DNA of 64,000 nt from Candidatus Woesebacteria bacterium RIFCSPHIGHO2_01_FULL_39_32 (GCA_001792345.1 MGGJ01000004.1:74090-138089), one strand, 5' to 3'. Positions 19,751 through 29,282 are shown, counted from the stretch's first letter. Numbers and translations are program-made. The notes: generated by a model from the sequence alone, not told the origin.

Positions 19751-22698
19751 TGCCCGTCTCCTCTACAAAAGAGGCTAAATTCACACTTTTCGCAAAGAAA
19801 GTTGCCAGAACATTTGAAGGCGGATTCTTCGATTTCTTGGCGAACTTTATGTATTTCTTCAACCGCTTCCTCTAGTTGTTCTTTTGTTCTTTTTGAAGTG
19901 AGTTTATCCTGGGTGTCTAAAAAGTAAAGTGAGAGACTGACTTCTTCAGGAAGTTTGTTAAATGGTTCCTCTCTTATTGATGTTGACGCCAAGGCATAAA
20001 AAGTAAGCTGTAGGTTTTTATCAACTTCACTCTGAGACGGAATTGTTGCACCTGTTTTGTAATCGACTATCTCCAAAGATCCATCTGATGCGACATCGAC
20101 CCTGTCCATTACCCCACCAATCTTAAGGGGTTTTTCTTTTTCTTTAAATGGCAATGGAAGTGTAAATCTTTGTTCCAAAAGGGCCGGAATTCTTTTGGGA
20201 TCAAACCCCTCTTTCAAAAATCCCGCTAAATAAAGCTTACCTTTTTCAAAAAATTTCGTCTCATGAGTCTTACTCGTAAATCCTTCCTTCACCCATCTTT
20301 CTTCCAAAATATTAAAAATCAATTTTTCACTTGCAGCTTCTCCTCCTTTTATTCTTGTATAAAATTCTTTGAGAGTTTCATGAATTGAAGTACCAAAACT
20401 TTGACTTGCTGAGGGAGGAGTCGGAACCTTATAGATATATCTGAGTTTGTAATGCAAAGGACAGGTTCGGAAAGTTTCAATTTGGGAAAAGGAAAGGTAA
20501 TCGATATGGATAGGTAGCTTGTAGCTAGTAGCATGTAGCATGGTCTCACTTGGCGGCTTGTAATCTAAGAAACTTAGTTGTTGACCTTCGTCTTTAGATT
20601 GTTCAGCGGCTATCGCCTCGTCACCAAGTGCTTCAAAAATGAAAGGTGAAAGTTTCTTCTCTCTTTTTGCCTCGCCATAATAGTCAGCTGCCGTAAAATA
20701 AAGCCTTTCTTTTGCTCTAGTCATACCGACATAAAAAAGTCTCCTTTCTTCCTGAAGATGATAATCACCTTGTGGTAAGACTTCTTTTATTAACACATCA
20801 GGAATTGGAATCTGTTCTCTTCTTTCAATTGTTGGAAATCTTTGAGAGACCAAGTTAACCAGAAATACTACAGGAAACTCCAAACCCTTTGCAGAATGAG
20901 CGGTTAGAATACTGACCGCATTTGCTTTCGTCCAGTCAAAATCTGCCGCAAGTGGAGATTCTCCTAGCTCACTTGATAACTCAATCCAGTCAACAATTGC
21001 AGATACTGTTGCGTCTTCATGTTCAACTTCGTAAGTTTTTAACTTATCGAAAAATTTGGAAATGTTCAGAGCTTTCTTTTCTGCTTCTGCAGTATCCGGA
21101 TTAAGAAGCTTTTGTAAAAGACCGGTATCTTCTAAAAAATAATATAAAAGCTGTCCAGCTGTTTCTTTCTTAACCAAATCAAAGTGCTTATTAATTATTT
21201 TTAATATCTTATTTGTCTTCTCTTTTGTTTCGTCGCCCACAAAGATATCGTCTAGTTTTTCGCATGCCTCAAAAAGAGACAAATTATATTTTTTGGCATA
21301 GTTACCTATATATATTAAGTCTCTTGATGCTATACCAAAATAATCAATAGAAAGTAGTCGATAAAAAGAAACCGAGTCCTCAAAATCATAGAGTACTTTT
21401 AAATAAGAAATCAGATCAATTATTTCGGGTTGCCGGAAAAGTCTTCCAGGACCCAAAAATTGATAGGGAATTGCGTTACGTTGAAATGCGCGGATAAAAG
21501 GTTCGGAATGATTGTTTGCCCTGACAAGAATGGCTATGTCGCCGTAATTAAAAGGTGGTCGGTGGTCGGTGGTCAGTGAACGGATTTCTTTTACAACTGC
21601 TTCGGCTTCATTTTCAACCCTATCTTTGTGAATAAATACAACCGGTTCTCCTCCCCTTGGATTTTTGACACTTAGTAAATTTTTATCTATACCGAGTTTC
21701 GATTCCAACGTATCAGGATTATTGTGCTGAATTAGTCTATACGCATGGTCAAGAATTGTTTGGGTAGAGCGATAGTTTTTGGTCAGTACAATTGTTTTAG
21801 CTTTTTTATAATCTTTTTTGAAGTACAAAATATTGGAAACTGCAGCCCCCCTAAATTTATAAATACTTTGTGAATCGTCTCCGACAACCGTTAAGTTACC
21901 GTTATTTTTAGGGGGAGCCAAAAGTTTTAGAAGTTCGTATTGTGCGACGTTTGTATCCTGAAACTCATCAACCAAAACATGAAAAAACTGTTTTTGATAA
22001 TTAGCTAAAATATTCGGTCTTTGTCTAAAAAGCTGCAAGGTTTTAACTATTAAATCCCCAAAATCCATCGCTCCTTCTTTAACTTTTAGTTCTTCATATT
22101 CTTTGTAAGCTCTCGCCAACTCCTCCCACTTTTCTATTTCTACTCCCCCCTCTTCGCTCAATTTGGATTTTGGAATTTGGATTTTGGAATTTACCCAGGT
22201 GAGATAGTCACTTGGGTTTATATCCTCATCCTGCAATCTTGAAAAGTGCTGAATCATTCCCCCGATAAACTTAGTTGGATTTCCTAAAGGTCTGAAATAA
22301 TCAAGTTCAAATTTAAAAAGGTTTCGGCGGGTCAACTGTATAGTTTCCGCCTCGGTCATTAGTTTATATCGAGGATCGAGCCCTATATGAAGTGCTTCAG
22401 CTCTCAAAATCCGATCGCAAAAAGAATGGAAAGTAGAAATCCACATTTGCGTATAGCCGTAAGGCATGGCAAGATCAACCCTTTCTTCCATCTCCCGAGA
22501 AGCTTTTTCGGTAAACGTCAGAGCCAAAATCTCTGAAGGCTTAGCAAAATCTTTCTGAATTAGATACTTAATCCGCTCGGTAATAACAGTGGTCTTTCCT
22601 GTTCCCGCACCGGCAATAATCAAAAGCGGTCCCTTTTTATACTTAACAGCCTCTAGCTGTTCCTCGTTTAATTTTTTCTCAATATTAGAATTAACCAT
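19747..22698 (-). CDS. UvrD-family helicase fused to C-terminal PD-(D/E)XK nuclease with 4-Cys cluster (AddA/AddB-like helicase-nuclease)
   Basis: 983 aa; Walker A AGAGTGKT, helicase motifs, C-terminal ...CSGNFLCEKCEFSLFC resembling Fe-S cluster of AddB/Cas4-type nucleases; overlaps NUDIX gene by 4 nt. Confidence 0.8.
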   Translation of the reverse strand: MVNSNIEKKLNEEQLEAVKYKKGPLLIIAGAGTGKTTVITERIKYLIQKDFAKPSEILALTFTEKASREMEERVDLAMPYGYTQMWISTFHSFCDRILRAEALHIGLDPRYKLMTEAETIQLTRRNLFKFELDYFRPLGNPTKFIGGMIQHFSRLQDEDINPSDYLTWVNSKIQIPKSKLSEEGGVEIEKWEELARAYKEYEELKVKEGAMDFGDLIVKTLQLFRQRPNILANYQKQFFHVLVDEFQDTNVAQYELLKLLAPPKNNGNLTVVGDDSQSIYKFRGAAVSNILYFKKDYKKAKTIVLTKNYRSTQTILDHAYRLIQHNNPDTLESKLGIDKNLLSVKNPRGGEPVVFIHKDRVENEAEAVVKEIRSLTTDHRPPFNYGDIAILVRANNHSEPFIRAFQRNAIPYQFLGPGRLFRQPEIIDLISYLKVLYDFEDSVSFYRLLSIDYFGIASRDLIYIGNYAKKYNLSLFEACEKLDDIFVGDETKEKTNKILKIINKHFDLVKKETAGQLLYYFLEDTGLLQKLLNPDTAEAEKKALNISKFFDKLKTYEVEHEDATVSAIVDWIELSSELGESPLAADFDWTKANAVSILTAHSAKGLEFPVVFLVNLVSQRFPTIERREQIPIPDVLIKEVLPQGDYHLQEERRLFYVGMTRAKERLYFTAADYYGEAKREKKLSPFIFEALGDEAIAAEQSKDEGQQLSFLDYKPPSETMLHATSYKLPIHIDYLSFSQIETFRTCPLHYKLRYIYKVPTPPSASQSFGTSIHETLKEFYTRIKGGEAASEKLIFNILEERWVKEGFTSKTHETKFFEKGKLYLAGFLKEGFDPKRIPALLEQRFTLPLPFKEKEKPLKIGGVMDRVDVASDGSLEIVDYKTGATIPSQSEVDKNLQLTFYALASTSIREEPFNKLPEEVSLSLYFLDTQDKLTSKRTKEQLEEAVEEIHKVRQEIEESAFKCSGNFLCEKCEFSLFCRGDGQ

Positions 22699-22715
22699 AT
22701 CGAAAGATTATACAC

Positions 22716-23420
22716 TCAATCTGCTTCTTGCCAGACTAAACTTAGCCAGAAAAGTTTAATGTTTATTATCCAAAAGAATAATAATCTTTTAAAATAAACT
22801 TTGAATCCTTTTTTTCTGAAATGGCGAATATCATCCACACCCACCAAATCAATTTTTTTAAGTTTTAATTTTTTCTTTTTAATAAATAAGTTCATATAAA
22901 ATTCTATTCCCCATTCTTGGGCTAGGGAGTTTTCTAAAATCTTATTTAAAATTTTTGTCTTAATAGCTCTCTCCCCAGACATTAGAGGTAATACATTCTT
23001 CCGAAGATATTGAAACCAATTTGGTCCTCTTTTTAAAACACCTATACAAACATCATAACCTTCGTTAGTTACGGGAGTCACCATTGAACCGATCTTTTCA
23101 TTTGTCAGGCCCTTTAAATCTACATCAATAAGTAAAGTAACTTCGCTTGTCACCTGCTTCAAACCTTTTTTAATGGCCCCTCCCTTTCCAATGTTTTTTT
23201 CAAGACGGAGGAGTTTGACGCTTTTGAATTTTTTAACTGCACCACTTGTCCCGTCAGTGGAACCATCATCGACTACCAAAATATCATCGATGTTAGCGGA
23301 ATTAATTAGTACTTTTAATACGTCTCCTATTCTATCTTTCTCGTCTAAACATGGAACTAGTGCGGTAACTTTCCAGTTTCTCATTTGTAATCTCATACAG
23401 TTTAACGCATGTGCTGTCAC
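22716..23420 (-). CDS. GT2 glycosyltransferase (polyprenyl-phosphate sugar synthase, DPM1/GtrB-like)
   Basis: LVPCLDE...VVDDGSTDGT... motif of GT-A family 2 enzymes; ~230 aa. Confidence 0.8.
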   Translation of the reverse strand: MTAHALNCMRLQMRNWKVTALVPCLDEKDRIGDVLKVLINSANIDDILVVDDGSTDGTSGAVKKFKSVKLLRLEKNIGKGGAIKKGLKQVTSEVTLLIDVDLKGLTNEKIGSMVTPVTNEGYDVCIGVLKRGPNWFQYLRKNVLPLMSGERAIKTKILNKILENSLAQEWGIEFYMNLFIKKKKLKLKKIDLVGVDDIRHFRKKGFKVYFKRLLFFWIINIKLFWLSLVWQEAD

Positions 23421-23475
23421 TATGTCTCTTGCACTGCTTCTTAATTCTCAAGTACTCTAAGGTAAGGAAACAAAA

Positions 23476-24048
23476 GTGTCTGCCCAACAATTTGACAGAA
23501 AAACGTATCGTGTGTTAGCTTTCGTTAGCACAACTTTAAGAATTTTACTCGGGCCAGCAATTTTTTTGTTTCCTACGTCCGCTACATTATGGACATTCTT
23601 AACTGACTGGGCAGATGGAGAGTTTTTTAAAAGAGCGGGGTTTACTAAATCCCGATATCAAACTATCGATAAAATTTTGGATTACTACTGGTACGTTTTT
23701 ATTCTTCTTTTTATTTTGTTCAATCCTGTTCCACAAAAAACACTTTTTTATTTTCTATTTGGTGTTAGAACAATAGGTCAACTTATCTATTTTATTAATC
23801 GCAAGGAAGAAGCTCTCTTCTTCTTCCCAAACGTATTTGAGATTCTCTTTTATGTATATGTTTTGTCTTTGGTAGTCCCACGAATGAATGAATATTTATA
23901 TCTTCCTAAACTTCTAAGCACGCTTGCGATAATAATTCCCGTTGTTTTAGTCAGAGAATACATTCTCCACATAAGAAAATCCAATTTAAGTTGGTTTTTT
24001 ACTGGTGTAAAAACTTACTGGGAAGATAGCGAAGAAGAAACTAACTAA
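23476..24048 (+). CDS. Membrane protein with CDP-alcohol phosphatidyltransferase-like motif
   Basis: 190 aa, ~5 TM; DWADGEFFKRAG...TIDKILD approximates D-x2-D-G-x2-A-R...G-x3-D-x3-D signature; tentative. Confidence 0.35.
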   Translation: MSAQQFDRKTYRVLAFVSTTLRILLGPAIFLFPTSATLWTFLTDWADGEFFKRAGFTKSRYQTIDKILDYYWYVFILLFILFNPVPQKTLFYFLFGVRTIGQLIYFINRKEEALFFFPNVFEILFYVYVLSLVVPRMNEYLYLPKLLSTLAIIIPVVLVREYILHIRKSNLSWFFTGVKTYWEDSEEETN

Positions 24049-24657
24049 TCTCGAAGAAAGTCTAGAATTTTTCCTATAACACTATCGTTTGGTTTTAACA
24101 TAAAGTCGTCATGGCTCCCTTTTAAATATAGGGTTTTATCGTTTTTAAGTTTAAGTCGCATTTGTTTTGCCTCTCTTTTGAAAAGCTCAAGCTTATTTAC
24201 AGAATTTGCAATAAGTACTTCCTTTTCCTTTATACTATCCAAGTTTATTTCCATGAATTACCGGAGAAACAAATACTAACCTTAAAATTCTCTTCGGCCA
24301 ATCAGCAGCTATTTTCAAAGCAATCGGTGCACCAAACGAATAGCCGAATATATTAACTGGACCATTTGTATAATGGTTGATTACAGTTTTTGCTAACTCG
24401 ACGCTATCCTCAATTGAATATTTTTCATCTTTCTTATAGTCATCTGATTCACCAATCCATCCCGGTAAATCAAAGCTTATAATTTTGTATTTGTCTAAAT
24501 TTTGATGAGAAAAAAGCCACCAAAAATAAATTCCGGAATGGGGAAAACTTGGTAGGGCTAACACGTAAATACTACCGTTTCCAAAGACATATGTTTGTAA
24601 ATTTTTATCTAAGTACCTGATTATTTCTTTATGGATTTGGAGGTTTTGGAGATGCAT
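24045..24657 (-). pseudogene. Alpha/beta hydrolase split into two overlapping ORFs (24235..24657 and 24045..24254) by a frameshift
   Basis: N-terminal ORF carries GYSFG (GXSXG nucleophile elbow) and ends HGNKLG*; the C-terminal piece (..KGSHDDFM..) is in a different frame overlapping by 20 nt. Confidence 0.45.
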
Positions 24658-24660
24658 GAA

Positions 24661-25968
24661 TTATTTAAGCTCAAGCAAAGCACTAGACACCACTTCTTCA
24701 AGCCTCGGATCTATTAGCGGGTTATCTTTTCTTATAGAATCATATACGAAATCATTTAGTTGTCTTCCGATACGCGTTGCCTCTTTGCCTCCTCTGTTAA
24801 GAAAAAATTCCATTTCTCTGACCTCAGCTACGATATCATCTGGGGTTGGCATACGATTTTCCCAATCCAATCTTTTTGCAGCTACCCCAGCTATTAGCTT
24901 TTTATTAACACCATCAATGATATAAACATCGGCTTTTCCACCCTTGTATTGCAGTTTTAACTCATTGAGTCTAGATGGATAATCTGTATAAATTCCTTCT
25001 ACTCCAAGAGCAACCAAAAGCATCATTTCCTCTGAATCATTAACATTCCAGATATAGACGGGGACTCCTAACTTTTTGCAAGCAACTATATAATCTATAT
25101 CGGGAAGTTTTTTCTGTCTCGCAATTTCCATTAGTTTTGCACCATACTCTTCATACAAAATCCTTGATTGGGCTTCCTCGCCACCCGGAGTGAAAAAGTC
25201 AAAATCTACAGACGAAGGTGTTTCGCCTCGCTTAACAGCAGCCATAAACTCGATAGTTTCTCTTGCACCCGCACTGCGTTTTATTCTACCGCCTGATAAT
25301 TCTTTAACTTTAATTAAGGGTTCCTCTGAAAAACCAGCTATAAAAACTCTGTCGTATGCATTATATTTTTCAATTACTCTTACCAGCTCGTCCTCGATAC
25401 CCTCATTAGCACCAAGCAGATGCATAGTAAATCGAATATTTGGAAATTTCGCCAAAGCTTCCTCTACGGTTGGAATATCTAAACCTTCTCCTCTGTAGGG
25501 AAAATTTTTGTAATCCTTTGTAAAATTATGGCCAGCGTCAAGTTTTTTAATTTGCTCTAAAGTTAATTCAGGAATAGTCCCTTTTACGTCGCTACTCGGG
25601 TCAATATCTTCAGCGCGAGGGGAGTGAGATATGATAATTGTTCCAATCTCGGAGTCGCTTTTTCCTTTTGTTATTCTTAGATCAATATCCAACCAGTCTG
25701 CTCCGTTTTCTAAAGCTTTTTCCATGGCTAGGATTGTTCCTTCCGGTGCTTCTCCCCCTCCAGATTTATGAGCTATATTTTGAACTTTATCTACTTTCTT
25801 ACCAAATTCCTGGCTGTGAGCTAAGTAGTTTACTTCTTCAGGTGTATAAGTATTAGTTTTTGAGAGAATTACGCTTGCAAGATCTTTCAACGCCTGTGTT
25901 GTTCCTTGCGATCCCTCTTTGGTTCTGATGGTTTTGTCTACTTCATTCTGTTCTGGTTGATCTGACAT
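24661..25968 (-). CDS. Glycerophosphodiester phosphodiesterase family protein (GDPD) with N-terminal extension
   Basis: 435 aa; HKSGGGEAPEGT...GADWLDIDLRITKG motifs of GDPD catalytic core. Confidence 0.75.
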   Translation of the reverse strand: MSDQPEQNEVDKTIRTKEGSQGTTQALKDLASVILSKTNTYTPEEVNYLAHSQEFGKKVDKVQNIAHKSGGGEAPEGTILAMEKALENGADWLDIDLRITKGKSDSEIGTIIISHSPRAEDIDPSSDVKGTIPELTLEQIKKLDAGHNFTKDYKNFPYRGEGLDIPTVEEALAKFPNIRFTMHLLGANEGIEDELVRVIEKYNAYDRVFIAGFSEEPLIKVKELSGGRIKRSAGARETIEFMAAVKRGETPSSVDFDFFTPGGEEAQSRILYEEYGAKLMEIARQKKLPDIDYIVACKKLGVPVYIWNVNDSEEMMLLVALGVEGIYTDYPSRLNELKLQYKGGKADVYIIDGVNKKLIAGVAAKRLDWENRMPTPDDIVAEVREMEFFLNRGGKEATRIGRQLNDFVYDSIRKDNPLIDPRLEEVVSSALLELK

Positions 25969-25984
25969 AATTTTGGTAAAATTT

Positions 25985-26968
25985 CTAATCTTCTATCTTT
26001 TTTACTTCTTTTTTTACTCCTTCACCCAAACTTCGGGTTGAAGTTATTTTTTGGCCGAGCTGAGTAAAGGAAGTCAGAACATTACTCATAATATTATAGG
26101 CGTTGTTTAGATGGCGCTGCAGAACCGATAAATTATCTTCTACTTTTGTGTAGTCCTTTTGAATAGCTCTAAGTGACGACAAAATTAATTGTGCTTCTTT
26201 CTCGATTTTTTGGCCTTCGAAACTCATTAAAATCGCCCGCATGTAGGCATAGAAAGTTGTGGGGGAAACAGGAAGCACTCTTTTGTCCCCCGCATATTCA
26301 AAAAGGCTTTGATTATTAACAATCTCGTAATAAACCGCCTCACTTGGTATATACATCAAAGCATAATCAATTGTTCCTTCGTCGGTTAAAATGTACTTTC
26401 TGGAAATCGCGTCGATGTGATTTCTAACATCTTTCTCGAACTGCCTTTCGTGAAGTTTCTTTTCAGAATCATCTTTCGAAGAACTCATTTTTCTAAAGTT
26501 TTCCATTGGAAACTTAGAGTCAACAGGGATAATCCCCGCAGAAGTTTTTATGGCTGCATCGACTTTTTCGCCAGATTTGAATGTATACTGAAGATGAAAA
26601 GATTGTTTAGGAAGCATTTGAGACAAAAGTTCTTTCAAAACCTGCTCCCCAATATTTCCCCTTAACTTTGGACTTCTCAAAAATTCCTGCAAATCTTTCA
26701 TTCCCCGTCCAATTTCGCTCATTTCTCCGATATTTTTTTGAACTTCCCCAATTACTCTTGCAGCATTATCCAATCTATCATTAAAGGACTTGCTTTGTTC
26801 ATTCAAACGGATGTTTGTGGTTTTTAAGTATTCTAAAAGTTCCTCAGAGGGTTTTTGTTTATCCGAAATCTCAGTTAATCTCTTATTTATAAATAACCCC
26901 AGTATTATTAAACTAGCTGCGACAACTACTACCAAAATAATTGGATCCATTAACTGTAATTTTACCAT
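25985..26968 (-). CDS. rmuC: DNA recombination protein RmuC
   Basis: 327 aa; N-terminal TM, long coiled coil, C-terminal RmuC nuclease-like domain (IPVDSKFP...YALMYIPSEAVYYE). Confidence 0.8.
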   Translation of the reverse strand: MVKLQLMDPIILVVVVAASLIILGLFINKRLTEISDKQKPSEELLEYLKTTNIRLNEQSKSFNDRLDNAARVIGEVQKNIGEMSEIGRGMKDLQEFLRSPKLRGNIGEQVLKELLSQMLPKQSFHLQYTFKSGEKVDAAIKTSAGIIPVDSKFPMENFRKMSSSKDDSEKKLHERQFEKDVRNHIDAISRKYILTDEGTIDYALMYIPSEAVYYEIVNNQSLFEYAGDKRVLPVSPTTFYAYMRAILMSFEGQKIEKEAQLILSSLRAIQKDYTKVEDNLSVLQRHLNNAYNIMSNVLTSFTQLGQKITSTRSLGEGVKKEVKKIED

Positions 26969-26993
26969 TCAACTGAGTTACAATGAAGGAGAC

Positions 26994-27335
26994 GTGAGAA
27001 AAATAGACTTTAGACAAAAACAAATTAAACTCAGGAAAAAATTTTTTCCGACTCTAATCATTACCGTTTTTTTATGGCTACTGGTTGGACTAGTGGTCTA
27101 CTTTGTTGACCCTGAAAACTATGGATCTATTCCTCTTCTCTTCTTCCTTTTTTTTCTGGCCCTACTTTTCACCCTTTCCACACTTTTCGCAAATACACGA
27201 AGGGGGCTGATTGCAACTTGCTCAATTACGGTTTTTCTTATTTTGCGTTATCTCGGAGTGGGAAATATCATTAATTTTTTACTTCTTTTGGGTTTAGCCA
27301 TTGCTTCCGAATTTTATTTTTCTAGAAGCGAATAA
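26994..27335 (+). CDS. Small 3-TM membrane protein
   Basis: GTG start preceded by AAGGAG 7 nt upstream; the longer ORF-track version (26790) would overlap rmuC by 180 nt and is rejected. Confidence 0.4.
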   Translation: MRKIDFRQKQIKLRKKFFPTLIITVFLWLLVGLVVYFVDPENYGSIPLLFFLFFLALLFTLSTLFANTRRGLIATCSITVFLILRYLGVGNIINFLLLLGLAIASEFYFSRSE

Positions 27336-27342
27336 AAACCTA

Positions 27343-27370
27343 TTGACACCCACAAGTCACTTGATATACT
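27343..27370 (+). promoter_or_regulatory. Sigma70-like promoter TTGACA-N16-TATACT upstream of yerC-like gene, followed by 5'-UTR hairpin TCCTCC-N14-GGAGGA
   Basis: Seen directly in the 27336-27448 intergenic region. Confidence 0.4.
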
Positions 27371-27448
27371 GCTTTTATCCTCCTTCACTGAAGTTACGGA
27401 GGACAAGCACTCATACTTCAATAAATAAAACTTCTGCCCAAGATTAAA

Positions 27449-27799
27449 ATGAGGACATCAGAAAAAAATTTAAACCCTTCTTTAAAAAAAGAGATTGAAA
27501 ACATTCTAACTCAAACGATATCTGATCTTCGCGACTTGAATGAAACAAAAGTGTTTTTGGAAGACTTTTTCAACAAATCAGAGTTGGAAGCTTTTACCAA
27601 AAGACTTGCTATAGCTTACTGGCTCAAAAAAGGAAGAAGCTACAATAACATTAAAGATAACTTAAAAGTTTCTAGCGCCACTATTGCAACTGTTCAATCC
27701 ATGATGGACAAACCAGGATTTAAGTTAGCCTTAAAAAAGATGGAGGCAGAAGAATGGGCAAACCAATGGGCAGAGAGGATAAAGAAATTCATTAAATAA
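27449..27799 (+). CDS. TrpR-related YerC/YecD-family HTH protein
   Basis: 116 aa; ...LAIAYWLKKGRSYNNIKDNLKVSSATIATV... matches YerC/YecD Trp-repressor-like family. Confidence 0.7.
   Translation: MRTSEKNLNPSLKKEIENILTQTISDLRDLNETKVFLEDFFNKSELEAFTKRLAIAYWLKKGRSYNNIKDNLKVSSATIATVQSMMDKPGFKLALKKMEAEEWANQWAERIKKFIK
27741..27799 (+). repeat. Direct repeat copy 1 (3' end of yerC-like gene)
   Basis: ~86% identical to 29089..29146 (ATGGAGGCAGAAGAATGGGCAAACCAATGGGCAGAGAGGATAAAGAAATTCATTAAATAA); homology may extend ~20 bp upstream. Confidence 0.8.
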
Positions 27800-28018
27800 G
27801 CCTGGCTAGTTATTGTGGCTTCTATCTTTCTTCCACTCACAAACTTTATATTTATCTTCTGTGGGGTAAGTTGGATCCAGTCGAAGCGGTTGAAGTAATT
27901 CTAAAGTAAAATATCTAGGTTCCTTCTCCAAAGTAACTCCCACATAAAATACTTCTGTTAGTATATTTCAACATAATAACATTTTTGCTATTATCTTATT
28001 ACACCAATAATTTTAGTT

Positions 28019-28510
28019 ATGGAATCTTCAATAAAAACATCAGAGAAGAACAGCGAGAAAATTTTAGTAGCTAAAATAAAAGTTGTAGTTAAAAGGTGGC
28101 ATGGATGGAGCCCCGAAGGATTCAAAATACCTCCGGAGGAGACTATCTATGATAAACCGTCTGGTTCAAGGTTAATTTTATCGGCTTCTAAACACAAAAT
28201 GGATGGGGTTTGGGGAGAGGAAGACCAAAGTACAGAAACGGTGCAAAGGGTGGACTTTATACTGAAAGAGGGATATAGAATCTTTATTTCCCCACACCCC
28301 AAGCTTAAAAATCAGGTAGATCTTGCCCCCGACTCAACGATAGAACCACTAAAAGGAAAAGTTTTTCCTCTCAGTCACGATTTACCCCTAGTTGGCGTAA
28401 CACTTAAGGTTGGAGAGAGTCTTATTATTGATCCTTTTAGACACGACGCAGGAGTCATTTACGAAATTACTATAATTGACATATACGAAAAAGGTAAAAA
28501 GCCAAATTAA
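28019..28510 (+). CDS. Hypothetical protein (163 aa), no recognisable domain
   Basis: Clean ORF inside the segment bracketed by the diverged direct repeats. Confidence 0.45.
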   Translation: MESSIKTSEKNSEKILVAKIKVVVKRWHGWSPEGFKIPPEETIYDKPSGSRLILSASKHKMDGVWGEEDQSTETVQRVDFILKEGYRIFISPHPKLKNQVDLAPDSTIEPLKGKVFPLSHDLPLVGVTLKVGESLIIDPFRHDAGVIYEITIIDIYEKGKKPN

Positions 28511-28529
28511 TAATTAGTAACTAATAACT

Positions 28530-29078
28530 ATGACTGTCACAAAAAGATTTATAATTGAGTGCTACGTTTGTGGAACCGAGTACTTTGGAGAGAAGGTATT
28601 ACTCGAAGACCGTGGCAAATCTATTCCTACACCCTATGTGAAGCGTGTGATGTGTCCCACCTGCAAAGCACCTTACAGACCAAAAAAAGACTTCTTTCTT
28701 CTTGTAGAAGATACTGTTCAAGATTTGGTTGGAGACAAAAATGGGGCAATTCAGAAAATTCTTGACTGCTGCCAATCTGAAAGCGACTTTGAGAAATGCG
28801 AAAAACAAATGCTTAATGAAATAAAAAGGTTTCCTAAACTTATAAATTCATTTGAACGTATAATTAAAGACAGGAAGGTTACGGGTCGCGACGTCGAAGA
28901 TCCCGATCTTACAAAATTTTTTGAACTTAAATTATCAAAATTAAAACAAATAAAAGAATTTTCGAATGAAGAGATAGAAGAAAAAATTCGAGAGGTAGTA
29001 AAAGAGGCAAAAGAATTATTACTTCAAACTAGAAATAAATATAAACAGAATTTGAAAGAAAACGACTTAAAAAATTAA
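28530..29078 (+). CDS. Hypothetical protein with N-terminal CxxC...CxxC zinc-ribbon and Lys/Glu-rich helical C-terminus
   Basis: 182 aa; CYVCGTEY...CPTCKAPY. Confidence 0.45.
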   Translation: MTVTKRFIIECYVCGTEYFGEKVLLEDRGKSIPTPYVKRVMCPTCKAPYRPKKDFFLLVEDTVQDLVGDKNGAIQKILDCCQSESDFEKCEKQMLNEIKRFPKLINSFERIIKDRKVTGRDVEDPDLTKFFELKLSKLKQIKEFSNEEIEEKIREVVKEAKELLLQTRNKYKQNLKENDLKN

Positions 29079-29088
29079 TAAGTTAAAA

Positions 29089-29146
29089 ATTGAAGCAGAA
29101 GAATGGGCAAATCAGTGGGCAGATAGGATTAAAAAAGTTCATTAAA
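29089..29146 (+). repeat. Direct repeat copy 2: displaced, diverged remnant of the yerC-like gene 3' end
   Basis: Translates to ...EAEEWANQWADRIKKVH*, a remnant of the C-terminus of the 27449..27799 protein. Confidence 0.8.
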
Positions 29147-29259
29147 TAGTTAATTGGTTGATTTGTTAATTGGTAAAATACTCCAAATGAATATTCGAGT
29201 CTCAATAATGATGGAAATGAAACTCTCTTAACGGGGGTTAATTTGCTATTTGTTATTTT

Positions 29260-29282
29260 AACCCTCGCAAGAGGGTTTTTTA
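29260..29282 (+). terminator. Rho-independent terminator AACCCTC-GCAA-GAGGGTT-TTTTT
   Basis: 7-bp GC-rich stem, tetraloop, T-run; downstream of repeat copy 2. Confidence 0.6.

Noticed and set aside
26790-26993. Long version of the membrane ORF starting at 26790, overlapping rmuC by ~180 nt
   Set aside because: An AAGGAG RBS followed by GTG at 26994 gives a sensible 113-aa membrane protein without the overlap.
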